This document shows, piece after piece, positions 59,959 through 64,000 of a stretch of DNA of 64,000 bases. Both the position numbers and the translations under genes were made by a program. Each line of letters begins with the position of its first letter. Position 1 is the stretch's first letter. This stretch comes from Podarcis bocagei. Its lineage: Eukaryota. The notes below the pieces were generated by a model. It saw only the letters and a program-made list of their open reading frames with translations, made no database searches and was not told where the DNA came from. Location of the stretch: the NCBI GenBank assembly GCA_964188305.1, contig OZ076890.1; one strand, given 5' to 3'.

Positions 59959-61829
59959 ATGAAGAAGAGTAAAGGTCGAACATGTCGAAAGAGGCGAAGA
60001 AAACAATCAAGAAGTTTGTCTTTATGTGGTGGTAATGTGTTTTTGTTTGTTTGTTTGTTTCAAGGCCTTTTATTATTAAGGCACCCTCAAACCTCGGAAA
60101 GCTAAACAAAGTCTAAAAGTGAAGATTACAAAGTTACCTAAAGTCCTATCTTAACACATGCTGGGCCAATGAATGCTTTGAGATGTAGCATTCCAGCATT
60201 TAGCCTAGGTAAAGGTAAAGGGACCCCTGACCTTTAGGTCCAGTCATGACCGACTCTGGGGTTGCGGCACTCATCTTGCTTTATTGGCCGAGGGAGCCGG
60301 CGTACAGCTTCCGGGTCATGTGGCCAGCATGATTAAGCTGCTTCTGGCGAACCAGAGCAGCGCACGGAAACGCCGTTTACTTTCCCGCCGGAGCGGTAGC
60401 TATTTATCTACTTGCAGTTTGATGTGCTTTCAAACTGCTAGGTTGGCAGGAGCTGGGACAGAGCAACAGGAGCTCACCCTGTCGCGGGGATTCGAACCAC
60501 CGACCTTCTGATTGGCAAGTCCTAGGCTCTGTGGTTTAACCCACAGCGCCACCTGCTGTGACCTTCCCCAAATGGAAGAAGTTTAACCTAAGCCAGTACA
60601 ACTTAATGGGATTTGTAATACAAAACATTTACATTCTTACAAACCAGGGTGTCATATTGTTACTGAATTTTTTTTATCAGTGAAATGGGAAAACAACACT
60701 AGCTTAGGAGTGGGGGAATAGTTAATTCAGTATTGCAACTGGGGTTAATGTTCATAAAAGCCATTGACCCAACACAGTGTAACAACATGCTCCTGTACAT
60801 GTTTTCTGAGCAGCGGGCCTCACTGTGTTCAGTTGGATGTACTCTGATGTCTGGTGTGCTAAGGATTGCAGCCTAAGTGATTAGTGAACCCCAATGCACA
60901 TTGTATAGTGCAGATAGGAAGATGGAATTCCTATCGCCTATTTTTTCCTGTGTATAGGGTAACATTGATACAATAGTTTTATCAGGGAGGAGCGCAGCCC
61001 CTCTACTGTACTGCCAAGTTATTCTGTTTATTCCGCTAAGCCAAAGTACTTTCATGGCATCCATTTTTCCCCAGTGTTGTGATTTGCATGTATAGTAGTT
61101 ATGTTGCTGTGAAAAACATCTTTTGGTGAATCAGCATTAATGAAAGAATGCCATAGTACAATAATTTCTGTGTAATGGTTTCAGTAAATCTTAGCCACAA
61201 AGACGAATATGTGCTGCTAAAGAAATGGCTGAAAGAAAGAGGCTATGAAGATAATAAATTACGGCCAACACAATTTTCAGGTAATGATATAATACTTTTA
61301 TAACAAACTTCAGCTGTATTTGAGTGTTTTGTTTGTGTTTGAAACTACAGGTGATCCAGGGATAGCTGGGATGCCTCCGGGGCAAAAGTTTGAAGGCAGG
61401 AGCTTCCATGCCCTATTTATAATTCTGATTAAACATTCCATGAGTTTTTATGCTTTCTAAAACTCTTCTGTGTTCTTCCCCCTCCTTCTGCCTTGTTTCC
61501 TCGAGGCCTGAGCAGTCTATTTAGATATGCAGTATGCATGTGTATGAAATTGTTTTATACATGCTTTTCTTGTAATGTCAAATTGCCTTGAGGTGCTTCA
61601 CAAGTCAAATAATGAAATAATTAATACTGCATATCTCTGGGGAACCTAGTGGTGGTGAAGATACAAACCATTTTTGAATTCTTGCCCCCGACTCCATTTC
61701 TTTTCTTGAACCACCATTTAACAACCATTTGCAAGTTTCTGGAGAGACCAGGAGTGAATTTCATTGCAGCTTTCTCTTTTTTGTCTTTTAGAGACAGGAA
61801 GAGGATTGATGAGCACAAAAGCTCTTCAG
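59959..61829 (+). CDS. SETD4: SET domain-containing protein 4, first three coding exons (59959-60031, 61185-61280, 61792-61829); continues beyond the window
   Basis: Spliced MKKSKGRTCRKRRRKQSRSLSLCG-VNLSHKDEYVLLKKWLKERGYEDNKLRPTQFS-ETGRGLMSTKALQ resembles the SETD4 N-terminus; exon sizes 73/96/38 nt are in phase; synteny agrees. Confidence 0.9.
60207..60553 (-). mobile_element. Sauria SINE, near full length
   Basis: tRNA-like head (GGTGGCGCTGTGGG...GGTTCGAATCCCC) on the minus strand and (ACCTTT)n tail. Confidence 0.9.
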
Positions 61830-62371
61830 GTTTGTATTCCAAAGAAGAGGCCGCTGCACAACTTCTGGGCCAGATTGAAAATATGAGATCCCTCCCTCTA
61901 CCAGCCCCCATGGTATCCTTGTGTATAGTATTAACAACTGTCTTAAAGCTGCCTTTGCACTAGACTATACTGGATTCACAGAATCAAATTCTGAAGTGGG
62001 GGGTAAACAGAACAACCATTTTAAAATAATTATTTCTGAGCTTTGTAGATTGGTGTATGGCCAATTTCTTAACACCGTTTTTATTGTGGAACAAGTTATT
62101 GTGAATGATTTTGCTCCCCCAGGTGGTAAAAGCTGGTATTTACCACTTCCTCTGAAATAATTGGCATAGGAGGTGGTCAACTCCTAGTAGTGAATTTGCT
62201 AGAAATACTCAGTGTGTAAAATTAACAAAATTGAGGTAATCTTGTAATGGTTTGACCACAATAAAAATCAGAATAGAAGTTTCGACCTTCAAGTCATACA
62301 TTCATGGCTAAATATAACTTCTAAAGAACTGGAGAAAGGTGCTGACAACCAATTAAAAACTGTATAGTTTA

Positions 62372-64000
62372 CCGTATTTTTCGCCCTATAAGACGCACTT
62401 TTTCCCCTCCAAAAATGAAGGGGAAATGTGGGTGCGTCTTATGGGGCGAATGCAGGCTTTCGCTGAAGCCTGGAGAGCGAGAGCGGTAGGTGCGCACCGA
62501 CCCCTCTCGCTCTCCAGGCTTCGCGGACCTCTCCTCAAGCAGCGGGAACGTTCCCACTGCTTGGGGAGAGTTGCCGGCATCCCGAAGCCTGCAAGCGCTG
62601 ATCCCAGCACGTGCAGGCTTCGCGGATCTCTCCCCAAGCAGCGGGAACGTTCCCACTGCTTGGGGAGAGTTGCCGGCATCCCGAAGCCTGCAAGCGCTGA
62701 TCCCAGCGCCTGCAGGCTTCGCGGATCTCTCCCCAAGCAGCGGGAACGTTCCCACTGCTTGGGGAGAGTTGCAGGCATCCCGAAGCCTGCAAGCGCTGAT
62801 CCCAGCACGTGCAGGCTTCGCGGATCTCTCCCCAAGCAGCGGGAACGTTCCCACTGCTTGGGGAGAGTTGCAGGCATCCCGAAGCCTGCAAGCGCTGATC
62901 CCAGCACGTGCAGGCTTCGCGGATCTCTCCCCAAGCAGCGGGAACGTTCCCACTGCTTGGGGAGAGTTGCCGGCATCCCGAAGCCTGCAAGCGCTGATCC
63001 CAGCACGTGCAGGCTTCGCGGATCTCTCCCCAAGCAGCGGGAACGTTCCCACTGCTTGGGGAGAGTTGCAGGCATCCCGAAGCCTGCAAGCGCTGATCCC
63101 AGCACGTGCAGGCTTCGCGGATCTCTCCCCAAGCAGCGGGAACGTTCCCACTGCTTGGGGAGAGTTGCAGGCATCCCGAAGCCTGCGCGCGCTGATCCCA
63201 GCACGCGCAGGCTTCGCGGATCTCTCCCCAAGCAGCGGGAACGTTCCCACTGCTTGGGGAGAGTTGCAGGCATCCCGAAGCCTGCAAGCGCTGATCCCAG
63301 CACGTGCAGGCTTCGCGGATCTCTCCCCAAGCAGCGGGAACGTTCCCACTGCTTGGGGAGAGTTGCCGGCATCCCGAAGCCTGCAAGCGCTGATCCCAGC
63401 ACGTGCAGGCTTCGCGGATCTCTCCCCAAGCAGCGGGAACGTTCCCACTGCTTGGGGAGAGTTGCAGGCATCCCGAAGCCTGCAAGCGCTGATCCCAGCA
63501 CGTGCAGGCTTCGCGGATCTCTCCCCAAGCAGCGGGAACGTTCCCACTGCTTGGGGAGAGTTGCAGGCATCCCGAAGCCTGCGCGCGCTGATCCCAGCAC
63601 GCGCAGGCTTCGCGGATCTCTCCTCAAGCAGCGGGAACGTTCCCACTGCTTGGGGAGAGTTGCAGGCATCCCGAAGCCTGCGCGCGCTGATCCCAGCACG
63701 CGCAGGCTTCGCGGATCTCTCCCCAAGCAGCGGGAACGTTCCCACTGCTTGGGGAGAGTTGCAGGCATCCCGAAGCCTGCGCGCGCTGATCCCAGCACGC
63801 GCAGGCTTCGCGGATCTCTCCCCAAGCAGCGGGAACGTTCCCACTGCTTGGGGAGAGTTGCAGGCATCCCGAAGCCTGCGCGCGCTGATCCCAGCACGCG
63901 CAGGCTTCGCGGATCTCTCCCCAAGCAGCGGGAACGTTCCCACTGCTTGGGGAGAGTTGCAGGCATCCCGAAGCCTGCGCGCGCTGATCCCAGCACGCGC
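62372..64000. mobile_element. TcMar-Tc2/pogo-type element (same family as 25934-26541, opposite orientation) carrying a satellite; right end outside the window
   Basis: TA|CCGTATTTTTCGCCCTATAAGACGCAC; 62372-62525 is the reverse complement of about 26385-26541. Confidence 0.88.
62515..64000. repeat. 99-bp GC-rich hairpin minisatellite, at least 15 units
   Basis: CAGGCTTCGCGGA recurs at 62515+99n through 63901; each unit is self-complementary. Confidence 0.97.

Noticed and set aside
61913-61920. U12-type donor motif GTATCCTT in a SETD4 intron
   Set aside because: No supportable upstream exon; SETD4 exons splice in phase with ordinary GT-AG sites
62369-63996. Three long ORFs (524, 536 and 316 aa) of 33-aa repeats
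   Set aside because: Artefact of a stop-free 99-bp unit (a multiple of 3); open in several frames and inside a TIR element
62515-64000. CRISPR-like array (palindromic periodic repeats)
   Set aside because: No unique spacers, no cas genes, vertebrate intron

Overview
Eukaryotic (vertebrate) genomic DNA, almost certainly from a squamate and probably a lacertid lizard, inferred from Sauria-type SINEs, BovB, CR1 and L2 repeats. It carries the conserved syntenic block DOP1B(-) / two tandem carbonyl reductases(-) / SETD4(+), the reverse view of human 21q22 SETD4-CBR1-CBR3-DOP1B. DOP1B contributes a 5' non-coding exon and 17 coding exons (33595 down to 246) and continues off the left edge. Both CBR genes are complete 3-exon, CBR1-type genes. 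SETD4 begins near 58.3 kb and runs off the right edge. Introns and spacers are packed with transposons: a young Ty1/copia element with apparently identical LTRs but a deleted RT catalytic core; a frameshifted Buster/Charlie hAT transposase element with extra terminal repeats; solo LTRs; CR1, L1, L2 and BovB fragments; Sauria SINEs; and Tigger-like and hAT MITEs. The most unusual structure is a pair of Tc2/pogo-type non-autonomous elements (25934-26541 and 62372 to beyond 64000). Their interiors are tandem arrays of double-hairpin units (119 bp and 99 bp) whose stems are preserved by compensatory substitutions, and one has expanded into a satellite with a higher-order repeat. All calls were made by eye without database searches, so family names for repeats are provisional.
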